The notes beneath the pieces were generated by a model. The model had not been told where the DNA came from and searched no databases. It saw only the letters and a list, made by a program, of their open reading frames with translations. Shown piece after piece: positions 11,756 through 25,415 of a DNA stretch of 64,000 nt (position 1 is the stretch's first letter; each line of letters opens with the position of its first letter). The translations under genes were made by a program, and so were the position numbers. Source of the DNA: Dicyema japonicum (taxonomy: Eukaryota; Animalia; Dicyemida); NCBI GenBank assembly GCA_011109175.1, contig RDEW01000039.1, forward strand, positions 279,681-343,680. Reading direction: 5' to 3'.

Positions 11756-14514
11756 TAAATTTTATATGTATTTGTCTAAGATTTATTTGCATATTCAATC
11801 AAATGAATAATTTTCGATCAATATAATAAATTCAAATGTTATTTTTACTGCTTTTCTGCAGAAGAATTATATAGGGGTAAACTTTTTTATGACCCCTCAA
11901 ATTCTTTAGCGAGAATAAGTTCAAGTTCTGCATGGAAAAAACTGTTCGACATTCCCCAACGACCTTCAAAAGGGTGGCCTGTCAATTTCTATGACTCTAA
12001 TTAATATTAAACCAAGATCACTGTTAAACCAGAATAATGAAGCTAAACCCACTGTCCGGTCCCGATAGAAGGGCCAAGTACCTCCATTCCTTCGATTTAT
12101 GGATCAACACGACTGTTTCTGCTTATCATTGTATAACATTTCCTTTGGACCTATTTATGATGAACTCAATAGAGAAAACAATGGTAACGTAGGCCCAGAG
12201 ATCCAAGGGCTGTTTGGTATACAAGAAATTGTCTGTCTATAAGTTGACACGTGGGATAGATTGATATCTAACTTCGAATGAGACTCCTGAGTTTACTAGA
12301 GTAACTACCTGAGTTTATTTCTAGACAACCCAGTGGATGCAGTCTCTTACTGATGATCCTCCAAGTTCTTTTAGTGAGAATCGAACCTTGATCCTAAGTG
12401 CATCCAAGACTTCCTTTGCTCAGAACTTTGAGTTTTCGATGTCTCACGAGTCCTCGTTTATGCCTACGACAAGAGAGACAAGTGTTTAAAACATACTGTT
12501 TCTACAGTCATGGACAGCAGGCAGATGCTAAAGAAGACTCCCCCATCATCTCAAAAGTCACCGTGACGAAGACGATTTATGATTTTATATCAACTCGAGC
12601 CATTCGTTGTTTAAAGAGAAAAGCCCTTCTAGGCGACACCCCCCGCCAATAGACGATTCAGAAGCCATCTTCCCAAGGTGATTCCAGAAGAATCCTATAG
12701 CAAATCCACTAAGGACATTTTCGCCTCTGGGATGGTTCAGAGTTTTTGCTCCCCTGATCTGACCAGCTTGATCATCAATCAAATCCTTCCCTTAGTCTTT
12801 ATTATATAAAACAACACCTAAGTCGTTGGGGAACACTCAAGGAGAATTCGGGAGCTATTGAAGGCTGGGATCACCTAATTAGTAAGTTTAACCTTTTTTT
12901 CTTGATGGTCTTGGCGTTTAAACAAATAAAGAATATCAAACATACTAGAGCATTAATGAATCACTTCACCCCCTAGTTGATACAGGGAATGACCACGGTA
13001 ACACCAAAGTAACAGCCCACGTGCTGTAATAGAGACTCCAACATGGTCGATTCTCCTCCCTTGAGCCTAAACAAGCACATATCGGCCGTATAACTGGATC
13101 TTCGTAGTCGTACAGGCCGGTGGGTAAAAGTTGGTTGGCAAGCCCTACCGTTTAGTATTACTTCCCCCTAACAGGCGGGTTCCTTACAGATTAAGGATTC
13201 TAGAAGGACTATAGAGGGGAACTTTTCTGAAAGGTAATTTCTGATTTCGAATCCAGTAATTAGTGCATCCGATTCTCCTTATTTTCATAAGTTAGCATAT
13301 CCAATGTCTTCTGAGTTCAGAGAGAGACAAGAGGTTATGTCTATATTGAGGAAATAAGTGTACTATGCCTCAGTGAACCAATACTACGCCACAGTTCTAC
13401 CATTATTAACTCCTAATTTGGTGGACCTCTACATTTATGACTTTGAAACCCATATTTCAGGAGGTTATGATTACTTTATTTTCGAAAATAATCATCTCCT
13501 CCCCCTTTCGGAGTAGGATGATCTTTTCCCAGCATTACTTCCCTCCCAGGTAAGCCCTCGTTTGGAGATAGGAAAAAAAGAATCTTTTTGTGTTCCAGCC
13601 AATCATTGGGCGTTTACGGAGTTAGGTGGATCCATATGCCTCTAAGAGTGGATGAAAAAAAATCTTCGACCAACATTTTGATGCATGAGACCACACAATA
13701 CTGGATTATCTACTTCCGGCTATTTCTGAACTGTAGAAGAGAGTTTTCTTTTGATAATAATCTCATAGAACCATCAAGGACCTGTTCTTGTGTTAGAAGT
13801 GGTTGATAAGTCATTAGTTGACCTCAAATCGAGGTATCCATGCTAGAGGACATCGACCTGGTCTTCTACCCATGAGCACGGAATAGGCTACTGAATTGTC
13901 GAACTGCTCGGTTATCTTAGGAAAACTAAAGGAATAAGTTGATTTTGAAAATAAGGTTATGGAACAATCAGGGACCTGTCTTTGGGTTAGAAGAAGTCGA
14001 TTTTTTTATGTCAAATTGAGATTGGGACCAATATAGACTGTTCCTAAGTTAGAAGAGTTTGGGAAGTCATTTGAGATCACGACCACGCACAACTGTCCCG
14101 AGTAAAAAAGGTGAATATGGTCTCTTTACTAGACAACTACCAGATGGGCCACCTCTTTTCATAATCTGTCTCTGACTTCTACACCACACCAGATACATCC
14201 GACTGATCTCTGAGGATAACGGGAGAAAACAGTTAATAGGATCCCGAAAAGAACACAGTAAAGATGAGGATACTGAGAGACGCTGGGATCTCCCAGATAT
14301 AAAAGATAAATAATCATACACGTGCCAACTCAAAACTGATAACCCAAATTCCATCAAGGTTTAAAAATTAAATCCTATCACTAGGCTCTAATCCACGTGT
14401 GTTGGAAGAGAGTAATTAAAAGGGATATTACCGTATAAGATATGAGACCATCGTTAAGAGATCCATTCCACAGGGAATCCTTGACCTGATGACTAATATT
14501 ACTAATTATTTTAT

Positions 14515-15140
14515 TATTATTTATTAACCCCGGATACACCGAGAAGAAGTTAAAGTAACCAACTAATTAAGTGTATCCAGTGTCCACTTCTACAGAAACA
14601 GAGTCCATCCGGAATCAACATAAAAGGTAAGATGTCCATTACATGCAGTTGTGGAAACCCCTCCAGTGGAGTGGGGGAGAGCAAATGATCTTTTTTTCGT
14701 GCCGGCCTGGAACTGGGCGCCACCTAGACAGGTGGTTCATATGACGCCACTCTAATAGGAAGAGAGAGGAGGAATAGACAAGCAAACAGAAAAACTTCGA
14801 CCAATTAACCACACAGCACCACATGGTTTTTTAATAACTCCAAATACACAGAGAAAGAAGTTAACAGTCACAACTAATTAAGTGCATCCAGTTCCCAATG
14901 TCACAGAGTCCTTCCAACGTCACGCAAGTCCACCCTGATACACCATAAAATGTAAGAGACGTCCATTCCTTGCAAACCCCTTCAGTAGAGTGGAGGAGAG
15001 CAAATGATCCTTCCCCGTGCCACCCTGGTACTGGGCGCCAGTTCCACTCTAATAGAAAAAAAGGAGAGGAGGAACAGACGAAGCAAACAGAAATCTTTAA
15101 TCAATTAGCCACGTTACACCACGAGGCGCCACGCATGACT
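14515..15140 (+). repeat. Two tandem diverged copies of a ~310-bp dispersed non-coding repeat
   Basis: Shared blocks actaattaagtg(t/c)atccag, gtggag..gagcaaatgatc, ctgggcgcca, ccactctaatag, aagcaaacagaaa at 14515-14830 and 14835-15140. An inverted copy lies at ~26500-26755 and a fragment at 2581-2600. Confidence 0.8.
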
Positions 15141-15499
15141 TTTTTTGTTGATTAATAGAAATTTCCACGGAATAAATTGAATTTTTTTATAAATCAATAA
15201 TAAAAACAATTAAAAATATTGATTAAATAAAAAATAATTTGGTTAAATTTTCTGTCCTTGTGGGAATAGGAAAAATTATGTTATTCCGGAAGTTGCTTAA
15301 TAATGGGATTTCCATGGCGCTTTCCGTTTCCCGACAACCAAGATGTGACACAGCCTTAGAGATCTTCCCTCATTCTAACTTTTATTGAAGCTACTTAACT
15401 TTCAAGAAACTTTACATGAAATAAAAAAATAAAAATTTAAACTTAAATAAAATTTAAATGTAATAATTTATAACTATGCAAATAATTTCTTTATATGAA

Positions 15500-18400
15500 T
15501 AAATAATCCGCAGCTGGATTGCCTATAACCGCAACAATATTCGCTAATAAATTCAAGTTATACGATTAGGATACATTTATGCAGTCGTTCAGCAAGGATG
15601 ATATGACCAGAATTGAGACAGTATCTAAAAGTTAGATTGTATTAACAAATCAGCCAATCTGGAGAAGATGTGTGAGATTCAGGATTATCTTATCAACAAA
15701 ATTAATTGGGTCATCAAAATCTGCAATAGTTGGATGTCTAAACTCGATTTTTTGGAAGAGAATAACAAAAATTACCTGAATTCACTACAAAAGATCTTAG
15801 ACTACGTTCCCTCTGAAATCGTATCGGATGACTTGTAATAATCATTTATTATCCCCTTAACCTTTAAGAATATGATAGGCTAATCCAGCTTTCTTTAATG
15901 CACTGATATTGCCCCGATAAATGCATTAACCCCCCCTGTGAAATATCACAATGCAATGATGCCTCATCTGCTAGTACCTAATTGCGTTAATTAAACCACA
16001 TATCCCAGCTAGATACATTTATACATTATAAATGCCAATGATGCTATAATCCTTGTTTGAAAATAGCCTATTGTCTTTAAATAACGACACTACAACCTAT
16101 TTATTTGAATGCAATTATTACACTAATTTTTTCATAAGTATCTGATTATCTTGAATCAAGCATATACCCTCGGTAAATATTTATACACTTAAAATGTTAA
16201 TTAGATAATGTATTACGTCATTTGCCGCATGTAGTCACTACATTCATTATCTTGATCCATATAATGGCATAATTATCACTAAGGAATTTAACTTATAAGA
16301 AGCACGTGCTTATAATCATTTTACCTATATGGCACTAAGTCAAGTTCACCTTACAATTCACTTTGTATCAACCTAGAAAATGTTATTTGCACCCGCCACA
16401 TGTAAATTCAAATCTATGATTGCATTATATCTAAGGAGCGCTATTCTATTACCTAATATTATACGTATTATTATTATTATATTACCTAATATTATACGTA
16501 CTTCAAATACACTATGTACTTTCAATATATCGACTTAGTTCATTTTATTGTTAGCACATTTATCGTCTCTTCTACAGTATTTATTTACCTCTTTTTAATA
16601 ACACCATATGTACATTAAACTTTACTATTCAGCTACATAATAACTCAATTATATAGCTAACTATATATAACGATGTATCCTGGTGATAAACTTATTTCCT
16701 TTATTAAATAACGATATTTGCTGTATACCGGGGCTATATCTGTAATGTGAAAGTTTATGGTGACTAATAAATACCATTCCTAATAAATACTTTAAAATCC
16801 TATATTTCGGGAATAATTCGCTTATATTCTATTATATTACTAATTCCTAACCACCACGGTGTGTTACCACGTTCCTACAATTCCTTTTCACACAATTATC
16901 TTTTTTTTAAAATGAAATTCTTAATTTTATAGTCGGAATATCCACGTGTCGGCTGAATTCTCAAAGATTGGAGTTGTAATGACTAACCTGGCCAAAGAAA
17001 AGCATAGAATGGAGACTGAATTCGTGGATGGCTTCATTAAGCCAGTAAAGGAACAATTTAACCTCCTTAAAGACTACCAAACCATCATCACCAACACTGT
17101 ACTCCGTAGACCGACTCTTAGGTCATACAATCCACGGACATGTGCAGAATGGAGGTCATCGAGAAGGTCAGGACTCTTCTGGAAGTAATCGACCTTTCCC
17201 TTATAAACTAGAACTTCGAAAAATGCACAGAGTTGGTCCCTGCTTCCAACCGACTAAGGCAGAAGCTAACTGAGGATGAACAGAAAAACAAAAAGGTACC
17301 CCAAATAATAAACTGCTAGATTGCTGAGAAACTACACCAGGTGAACGTGAAAATACTGGAAAGCCACACCACGTGCGCCACCACAGCTATGAGCATCAAC
17401 AAAATGCTCAAGCACTTCAAGACAAGCTGTTTTGAGGAATTATTAAAAGTAAAGGTAAGATTTAGCTTAGTTTATTAACACGGGACTTCACAGGCAGGTG
17501 ACTGAGGTGGTCAATATAATCCTCGAGAAGGGACAGACCCACGTGGGCTTTGGTGAACTAACAAGAGACTCCCTTGATGCTTGCTTTACCGTGATGTTCG
17601 ACAATGAAGAACTACCTGTGGTTGAGTTTATAATATGTGAAGTCCCACCTGTTTCAGTGGAGGTTGGCTTACTTGTTATTATTAGAGGAATGAGAACTCA
17701 TATGCTTCCATTAGCAAGGCTATTTGCGACAAAATTATGATTGAAAAAACTCTTAAAGTTAAATTATTCCAGCAAACGCAAAAAGTAAGTTTAAATTAAT
17801 TTTATTTATTTATTCATTTTTATAAATTTAAAATATAACTTTTAGCAAATTAATACACTCGCGTGTAGTTTTGAATATTTGGACAAGAATTTCACCACCC
17901 AAAGCCCACCGGATTTAATTCAATCTCTCAGAACATACGGTACTGCGTATTTCCACCTCTTCGCTACAAAATGGCAAGTCAATAAATTGGACATTGAAAT
18001 AACAATTTATTCCGCGATCATTGCACTTGATCTGAGTCTGCTACCTGAACTCTCAAAGTAATCCTTATCCTTACAAGCAGCGAGCAATCTCTGGGAAATT
18101 GTGACTCACTGTTTACCCTAAAGCATATTTTTGAGACTTCAAAGATCCTCATGTTTGGGGGAAACATACAAGACGTATACGTGCTTATTTATTGACAGAG
18201 AGAGAACGGAATGGACATACACCCAGTCATTCTGGTCTGCACGAGACACATCCGCAGATTGGGGATCGCGTCTCAAGGACTTTTCAGGGTAAATGGGGGA
18301 CAAAACAGAGTGAAGAGACTTATGGCTTGTCTCGAGGCAGGTTGTTCTGTTTTCACATGCCAGGGATCGACTACTTCGACTCTTCTGTCAACACGTATGC

Positions 18401-18958
18401 CTCAACTTTAAAGACATATTTTCGGGATCTTAAGTCTCCTCCCATTTCCTTAGAAATTTTTGAGAAGATCTTCCCTCTTATTAATACACCTGAAGAAAAT
18501 GTGGAAAAAATTCAGCGGATCTTGCTTGACCTCGACTCAACTGCCTGGCTGAGACTACGATACAAATTCCATTTACTTGCTGAGTCCTATCCTCACTTAT
18601 TCTTAGTGTCGCCAACCACAGTGATGTGGGGAATATGAATGCTAAGAACCTCTCTTCTGTGTTTGGGATGCTGTACTGCTCGTATTTTAGGAATGAACCC
18701 AAAATCCATAAAATTGTGAGTAGTGTTCTGGAGTTTTTCATCTCCCACGTCTTTCTTGTCTTTCCTACGCACGTGGGTGGTATATGTTATCCTCAGGGAC
18801 TTGACTATGTGTAGTGTTGGATGGTTTAGTTTAGTACGATATCTGACTATCAAGAGGAGACATTAAGGAGGATGTCGTCTTCTTATCGTAAGAGGAGTGG
18901 CGATGACCTGCACTTGTTACAGAGATTACATTCAAGTAGGTCGACTAGAGGATTGTGA
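15500..18958 (+). CDS. SRGAP: srGAP/ARHGAP4-like F-BAR + RhoGAP protein (start approximate; one ~1.1-kb intron at ~15810-16935)
   Basis: RhoGAP motifs after splicing: MFGGNIQD...IHPVILVCTRHIRRLGIASQGLFRVNGGQ, YASTLKTYFRDL, NMNAKNLSSVFG, with the catalytic Arg in GLFRV. Helical F-BAR-like exons lie upstream. Introns of 23-26 nt, e.g. 18175-18198. Confidence 0.7.
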
Positions 18959-19409
18959 ATTCTATTGAGGATTGATGCTTTTATTTATTTTATTGTGTAT
19001 TTGAAGCTATTTAATAAATATTTATTTGTTTTTGAGTATTTTTCTGTAGTTCGATCATTGGTAATGAAATTATTAGAGAACTATGGTTTTGAGAGAATCA
19101 GTTGTTTTTTAGCCATGTATTTCTTATGGGGGCCTTTGATCCCTCGGAATAATGCTCTGAAAATCGCGGCTAACAAAAAAGGGCTTCTTGGTGACAAAGA
19201 AGTGGTTTATGGAAAAGAACATGATGCCGACACCCTTAGAGATCCTAATCCGAAGGAATAACGAAAGCACTATTAGTAGAGGATCGACTCCCTATGTCCT
19301 TCTAAAATCGTGAGAGTGCAGCAGATGCGCTCTACATCCGGAAAAGATGAGAAAGCCAAGGAGAAGAAATAAACCAAATTAAGGTCTTAATTAGTAAGTC
19401 AACAAATAA

Positions 19410-19650
19410 CTAACGATCAGCGTCTTTTGAGTCGACCATGGAATCCACGGCTTTACCGACGGTGCCAAGCGTCGATGCGACAGAGAACAGAGTTTTTATT
19501 TTCTCAATATATGGGCGTATTCGGCTTCAATAATTTAGAGAAAAACCCAAATCTCTTATCTGTTTGAACATTATCGTTCTCCACGAATGTCTGCACGTGA
19601 ATATATCAGCCTACCAAGTAATAAATGCATATAATCAGTAGTGATCGCAT
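19410..19650 (-). CDS. Candidate small secreted peptide precursor (~64 aa)
   Basis: Two GT-AG introns of the local size class (19614-19591, 24 nt; 19546-19525, 22 nt) give MRSLLIICIYYLTFVENDNVQTDKRFGRIRPYIEKIKTLFSVASTLGTVGKAVDSMVDSKDADR*: hydrophobic N-terminus, acidic spacer, KR site. No homolog recognised. Confidence 0.4.
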
Positions 19651-19824
19651 TCTCGACCAATGGGGGATACGAATTTAAGGACAAACTGGCACCAAATTGG
19701 TCTTAACATATGTTTTATAATCGTTAATTTATGCTAATTGCGAGTTAAACACGGGAATTTAACTCCCCCAGTAGAGTTTGAGTCTCCCTCAATCATATGT
19801 CGACAGAAAATGAATGACCATCCT

Positions 19825-22800
19825 ATTATTATTATTATTAAAGCACTTTCACGAAAGCCATAATGATTATAGCCCCGCATGTGCAACACTCAAAGAAACA
19901 ATATTTATAGTTAGTCTTTTCCATCTTCCTTTGTCGAATGCGAGTGATCTCAATTCGTCCAGGTCGTCTCCCGTCTTTAGATTTTTTCTCACACGATTTA
20001 AGTCTTTGTTTAGGGCTGTCGGAAGTGTCGATCTAGGTCGTCCGCGGAAGGGTTTTTCGCATCTGTCAAAGTAATCTTCCATCGCTTTGTTAGCGGGAGC
20101 GTCCGGGTTCATTCTTAGTACATGCCCAAATAGCCTCCACAGGGCATCTATCACATTCTTGCTGATGTAAGAACACATACACTTGTTGTAGATACCAGTG
20201 GTTGATATTCTATGTGGCCACTCCATTCCGAGTAAGCTTCTTAGTTTCCTTCTATGGAACGAATCCAGTTTTGATAGTTCTTTGAAAAAACTTCCCCATG
20301 TCCCAGCGTTGTACAGTAGGATCGGTTTCACGCGTTGTAAAGCCTGCATCTGATGTCAATTCCAAGTCTTTTGGCCCTTAACCATTTTTTCTTCAGTTTA
20401 GCTATTGCCGCATTTGCCAGTGTTTTCCTCCTTAGTACATCTTCAGCGTCTCCTAGTAGAGAGCCGAGCTTATTAGTACGTCTCCATCTTTCTTGAGTAA
20501 TATCGTCTTCTCTTTTGATTTCCGTAATTTCAGTTTTGTTAACATTTACGCTGAGAAACCATTTCTCAAGCTCCGCAGGTGCATTTTCTAGCAGGTGTTA
20601 GAGTGCGGTCACATCCCGTGATACAAAATCCACATCATCCGCATAAGATGTCTCTTCTATGTCTCCTATATAGCATTTACGGAGGTCGCGGAGTGCAGAT
20701 TCAAAGTATATGGTGAATAGTAAAAGGAAGAGGGAATCACCCTGGGGTGTCCCAATCGTTGTTTTGAAACTGCGGGAAGTTGCTCCTTCTGTTTTCACAG
20801 ATAGTCTTGTGTTCACAAGTAGTAGTCTGATTATCCTAACCGACGATTCATCCAATATATGCTCAAGCACATTCATTAGTTTTTGTTTGTTTATTGAGTC
20901 GAAAGCTCTGGAGAGATCTATTCCCAACACGGTTGTTGCGCTCTTGAATCTTTGGTGCGTTGCGCAGCGCCATCTGTGGCTCCATACAATGTCTGCCGTA
21001 GACCTCCCTTCTCGGAACCCACTTTGACTTGCTGGTAGGTATAGATCCGCCACACCCTTTATCCGGCTTAGTGCAATGTTTGCCAGCACCTTGCGTATCG
21101 AATTCAGAAGTATTATCGGGCGGAGATTTTCTACTGGTCCTTTTGATTTGTTCGGTTTTTGTATGGGTATTAATAATCCATTTCCAAGTCCTAGATCGGT
21201 ATTAGTTTCAAAGACGTCATTTAGGGTTTTTGCAATTGTGTCGCTAAGTTTTTTTGGCCCATATTTTAGGAGCTCAGGGCTTATGTTGTCCGGCCCAGCA
21301 CTCTTGTTGTTCTTCAGTTTATTTATCGCTAATTCCACCTCTTCCACTGTGATTGGGATTTTTAGCGCCTTTGCTTCTCCTTGGAAAGGGGGAAAGTCAT
21401 TATTTTCTTTATTCAACAGTGTTTCGAAGTGTCGTGCAATCAATTCTGCTTTTTCTTTCGGGTTACCCACGAATTTTCCATCTTTGTCTTTGATGTGAAG
21501 GATGTTTTGTCCTTTCTTTGTCCGCAGCAGCCGCAAAGCCGCATACATCCTTGAATTGTCTTTTAGGCATTCCACATCTTTTAATAGGGATGTAATAATT
21601 TCCCGTGAGTGTTTTCTGTTCATCTTTTTGATTTTCCACTTTAGTTCCCTTTGTTGGATATTAAGCTCTTTTTTTTACTCTCGTCTGACGTGTTTGCCGC
21701 TTTTAGTCGTAGCTCTCTGCAATGCTTTGCCATATTTGGCACGTTCGGGTGGTGATCCAATTTTAGGGCGTGATGATTTCGGACTCCAAGGCATATTTTG
21801 GCCGACTTGGAGATTGCCTGTTTTGTTTGATCCCACAGAGTTCGTACTGATGATTCCGGTGCGGTTTTCACCATAAGAGTCTCGATTTGTTCGTGATATT
21901 TAGCTCTACAAGTTGGCTCTAACCACAATTTTTCTGTCTGAAAGTATATATTGGGTCTTTGTCTCGCCTTCTTCGCGTTTTCAATGTATTTTTTCCCAGT
22001 CAGGTGCTTTTTTACACAAAGTTTTGCAATGACGATCCTGTGGTCGCTGTCGGTTGTTGTTCCCTGGTAGGAACGTGCATCATTTATCAGGTGTTTATCA
22101 GACTTTCGGCAGATAATGTAGTCGATTTGATTATATATATTCACGGTCTCTCCGACAGAGTTTTTTCTTTGTCCGTGCCACGTCGTCTTGTGGCAAGCTA
22201 AGTGCGTAAAGGCCGTGTTGCACAGGAAAAAGCTATTTGCCTCGCAGATATTTACCAGAGAGGCTCCAGATGCATTTCTCCTTCCGCGCTCGTGTCTTCC
22301 AATAGAGGATTCTTCGGGCCCCATTCGCATTCCGGCCTTTGCATTCATATCTCCCGCAACAAAGACAAGAGACGAGGAAGCATTGTTAGAGTATGTGCTT
22401 GATAGTTCTGAGTAGAATTCCTCGAGTTCACCAGGGTTCTTGATTACTCGTCCACAGTGTGGTGCATAGACATTTATGACGGTTAGTAGACTCTTGGACG
22501 GGCATAGTTCATTTAGTTTGACTTGTAGGACACATATTCGGTCGTTGACTCTTCAATAGCGATGTAATTTTTTGAGGTAATACACGTGTAGGGCAAATCC
22601 CATGCCGTAGTGCTTGCATTCAGTTAGGAAGTCGGTATTTGTTCCATGTCTCATCGCGTCCATTTTTGATTTTCGTCTCTTGTAGGCAGCCAATAGATAT
22701 TTTGTATTTCTCGAGATCGTCACAAAGTACTTTCCTTGTCCAATCTTTCGATATTCCACGTACGTTGAACGTCATTAGCCTGAGTTCTCGATTGTATGAT

Positions 22801-22900
22801 GAGTGTTTTTCAGACATTTTTCTTAACCGTTGTAAAGAGAAGAAACGAGGAACGTCACCACCTCACCAAAAAATCCAATGAAAACAGAAAAAATTCTGTG
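19825..22900 (-). mobile_element. Near full-length RTE-clade LINE (APE + RT), frameshifted
   Basis: APE motifs TFNVRG, GCLQET, NQIDYI, SDHRIV; RT motifs KSAGPDNI, QSGFREGRSTAD, DLSRAFDS, GTPQGDSL, YADDVDF; C-terminal RWRLFGHVLR...RGRPR; 3' (TAA)n tail at ~19825-19840. Confidence 0.9.
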
Positions 22901-23999
22901 AAAATTCTTACGCCGCCCCGATATTTTGAATGGCAAACTGAGCCCCATCAAACTAAGGACTGTAGAAAACCTTGTTGAACTGAAGAAAGTAGAAGACTCG
23001 GTCAACCTGGCACATATAGAATTTTTAACTTGGGGTTCCGCTTGGGGCAAATTTTTCACTATCTGCTCTACCATGTCCATGCAACTTTCCTCCTCGCACG
23101 TCTTTCCAGTTCCTTGATGTTGTCCACGGGGAGAATAAACAGAATAAGATAATGACGTAGACAGTATTATAGAAATGTCAACCACTCAAATAACACTTCC
23201 TTTACTTATTGAAGAAATTAATTATATTTTTGATAATCAACCACGTGATGCCATGTGGCTACTTGATCCAAGATTTCTCTTCCTTCCCTCTGGTGGCGTC
23301 ATTGGATCCCATACTCAGAAGATGTCCAATACTGGCGAATTCAAAAGGATTTATCTATTCATTCCACCGGGAGACAATATCGCTCCTGGCCCCGAGTTCT
23401 GGAATCGACCTCAGCTTCCCGGACAACACTCTCTGTTCTACTTTTTCTGGAACGCGTCATGATCCAAGAAGTAGTTAATTTCAGATTATCTATCAGAGTG
23501 ACGCAGTCATCATTGATTCATCACTGCAGAACTGGACTTTCTCAGGGCTCACACAAAAGAAAGCTAGAATTTAGAAACCTTAATCTGAGTTTTACGTAAA
23601 TAATCATTACTACTGAATTATAAATAATAAAAACTTGGATATTACAAAGGCTTATAAAAATACATTCAACCGACAATCAGCTACTGTTGTGTGGCATGAG
23701 GCACAAAAGTATCCTATAGTCACTAATGCCAACTCCATTCGAGAACATGTGAGGAGAACGGGACCCCGATTGAAATCTCCAAAATTCCGAAAAGTGTCTC
23801 ATCATACAGGAAGTGCGTCGGTTAGTGAAGTACCTCTACCTACCGCCTTTCTTTTGGTCAGAGATGGAAATTAAAGGATGATTGTGGTGGTTAATCATAT
23901 TACGTTGAGTCAATTTGCTATGAGGACGGTATTCAGACACTTGGATGGATTAACTTCCAAGAGAGTTAGGTTAAAGGTTCAAACCTAACAAAGCCAATT

Positions 24000-24500
24000 T
24001 ACCAGAAAATATTGAGAAGAGCAACGTTTTTGTGCAAAAATTAATTTTATGGTAGAGACTAATTTCCACATTTATACTTCTCGTTTTGGGGGGGGGTGTA
24101 TTAGTGCACAGGATGGCAAATGTCCATATGATTGGATGTATCGTTCCCCTGGACTCATGAAATCAAAAAAAAAGAAAATACTGAAGATGTGTTTAAGAAA
24201 AGCCTTCAATCTCTACAATGCCCCTTGTCATTCTCGTATTGAAGAAATTTTTCTGGAAAAGGAATTCAAACCACAAATTTTTCGACTGCCTCCTCACAGT
24301 ACAATTTTTGACCAATTAAATATATTTTGTGTTTAATGATGAATTCTCTCAGAAACTTTGCCGAAAACCTAGAACTTAATTAAATTGAATTCCGGGGGAG
24401 TGAAGATAAATGAGTATCGTCTACAATTTTTAGAAGATTCATTAGACTTAGAAAGCATCTAAATTGTTCCTGAGTTGTGTTGCTCTTACATCGCTCATAT
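24000..24500 (+). mobile_element. pogo-type DDE transposase remnant
   Basis: QIFRLPPHSTIFDQLNIF resembles the pogo LPPHSTHLLQPLD motif. Confidence 0.4.
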
Positions 24501-24579
24501 TCGAGGGAAAGTACCATCAGGAAGATTGTAATTTTCTAAAATAATATAAAATGATATTTTGGAGATCAATTTAGCGTTA

Positions 24580-25337
24580 CTTGGCGACTGGAAAAGTCGT
24601 CATCCCATCAGGGCGTTTTCCATCGTTTCGGGAAAGACCAGCAGGTTCTAACAGGCAATGGTGTCCAGCAGAGGCAAGGGAATTCTTTAATGTCATGTTA
24701 AGACAGGAGTGCCTGGGGAAACGACCCGCACTCATCTTGCATGACAAGGGATGATAACCAAAAGGATCGATCCAACGTCCACAGCGGCATTTTCTTTCGG
24801 CACACAATTTAAGACCAAGACGAAGCGAGGTAGCTATTCTCACAGCCTCATCATCCAACAGGTTTCCAATTTCGGCAGATGGATAAGCGTTCATCCAGGC
24901 CCCCGTCAAGTGACAACTGGCTATTTTGAGGCAGGCAAGCCTTCTTACATCTTTTGTCTTTTCAACGGACGAAACCTGATCTGGGACGCGACGTGTGTCG
25001 ATACTTATTCCCTGTCTAATTTGGTTGCTTCTGCCTTCAGACCCAGGACATGCTTCAAAGCAGGTCGAGGAACAAAAGAAGAGGAAGTACCAGAGAATTT
25101 CGGAGGAGTATCTTTTTGTTCCATTCGCGGTGGAAACGTCAGGAATCCTTGCCCCCAAGCAGATGAGTTGGTTCGTAAGATCGGCTCCATGATTCAAGCT
25201 GTGACCAAGGATCCGCGAGAGACTTGTTGGTTCCGAGAACGTATCTCGTTGGCTATTGTTAGGGGAAATAGCATGGCCATTCAGATGCCTTAATTTAATT
25301 TTTATTCTTTTTTCATTTTTATTCAAAATTAAAAAAA
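24580..25337. mobile_element. 5'-inverted, 5'-truncated CRE-clade retrotransposon flanked by a 12-bp target-site duplication
   Basis: Minus strand ~24956-24590 encodes GAWMNAYP...CRCG...HPLSCK...RHSCLN...GKRPDGMTTFP. Plus strand 24957-25293 continues FNGRNLIWDATCVDT...RERISLAIVRGN. AATTTAGCGTTA lies at 24568-24579 and 25338-25349. Confidence 0.85.
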
Positions 25338-25415
25338 AATTTAGCGTTAGGAACCAAGTGACGGGTAAATTTTCTAAAAAAGTGTTGTAGTGACAATTTC
25401 AACTTTGAATCAACG

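Noticed and set aside
23175-23478. Overlapping ORFs MSTTQITL... and MKKLIIFL...
   Set aside because: No recognisable motifs and no consistent splice model; may be RTE 5' flank or an unknown gene.
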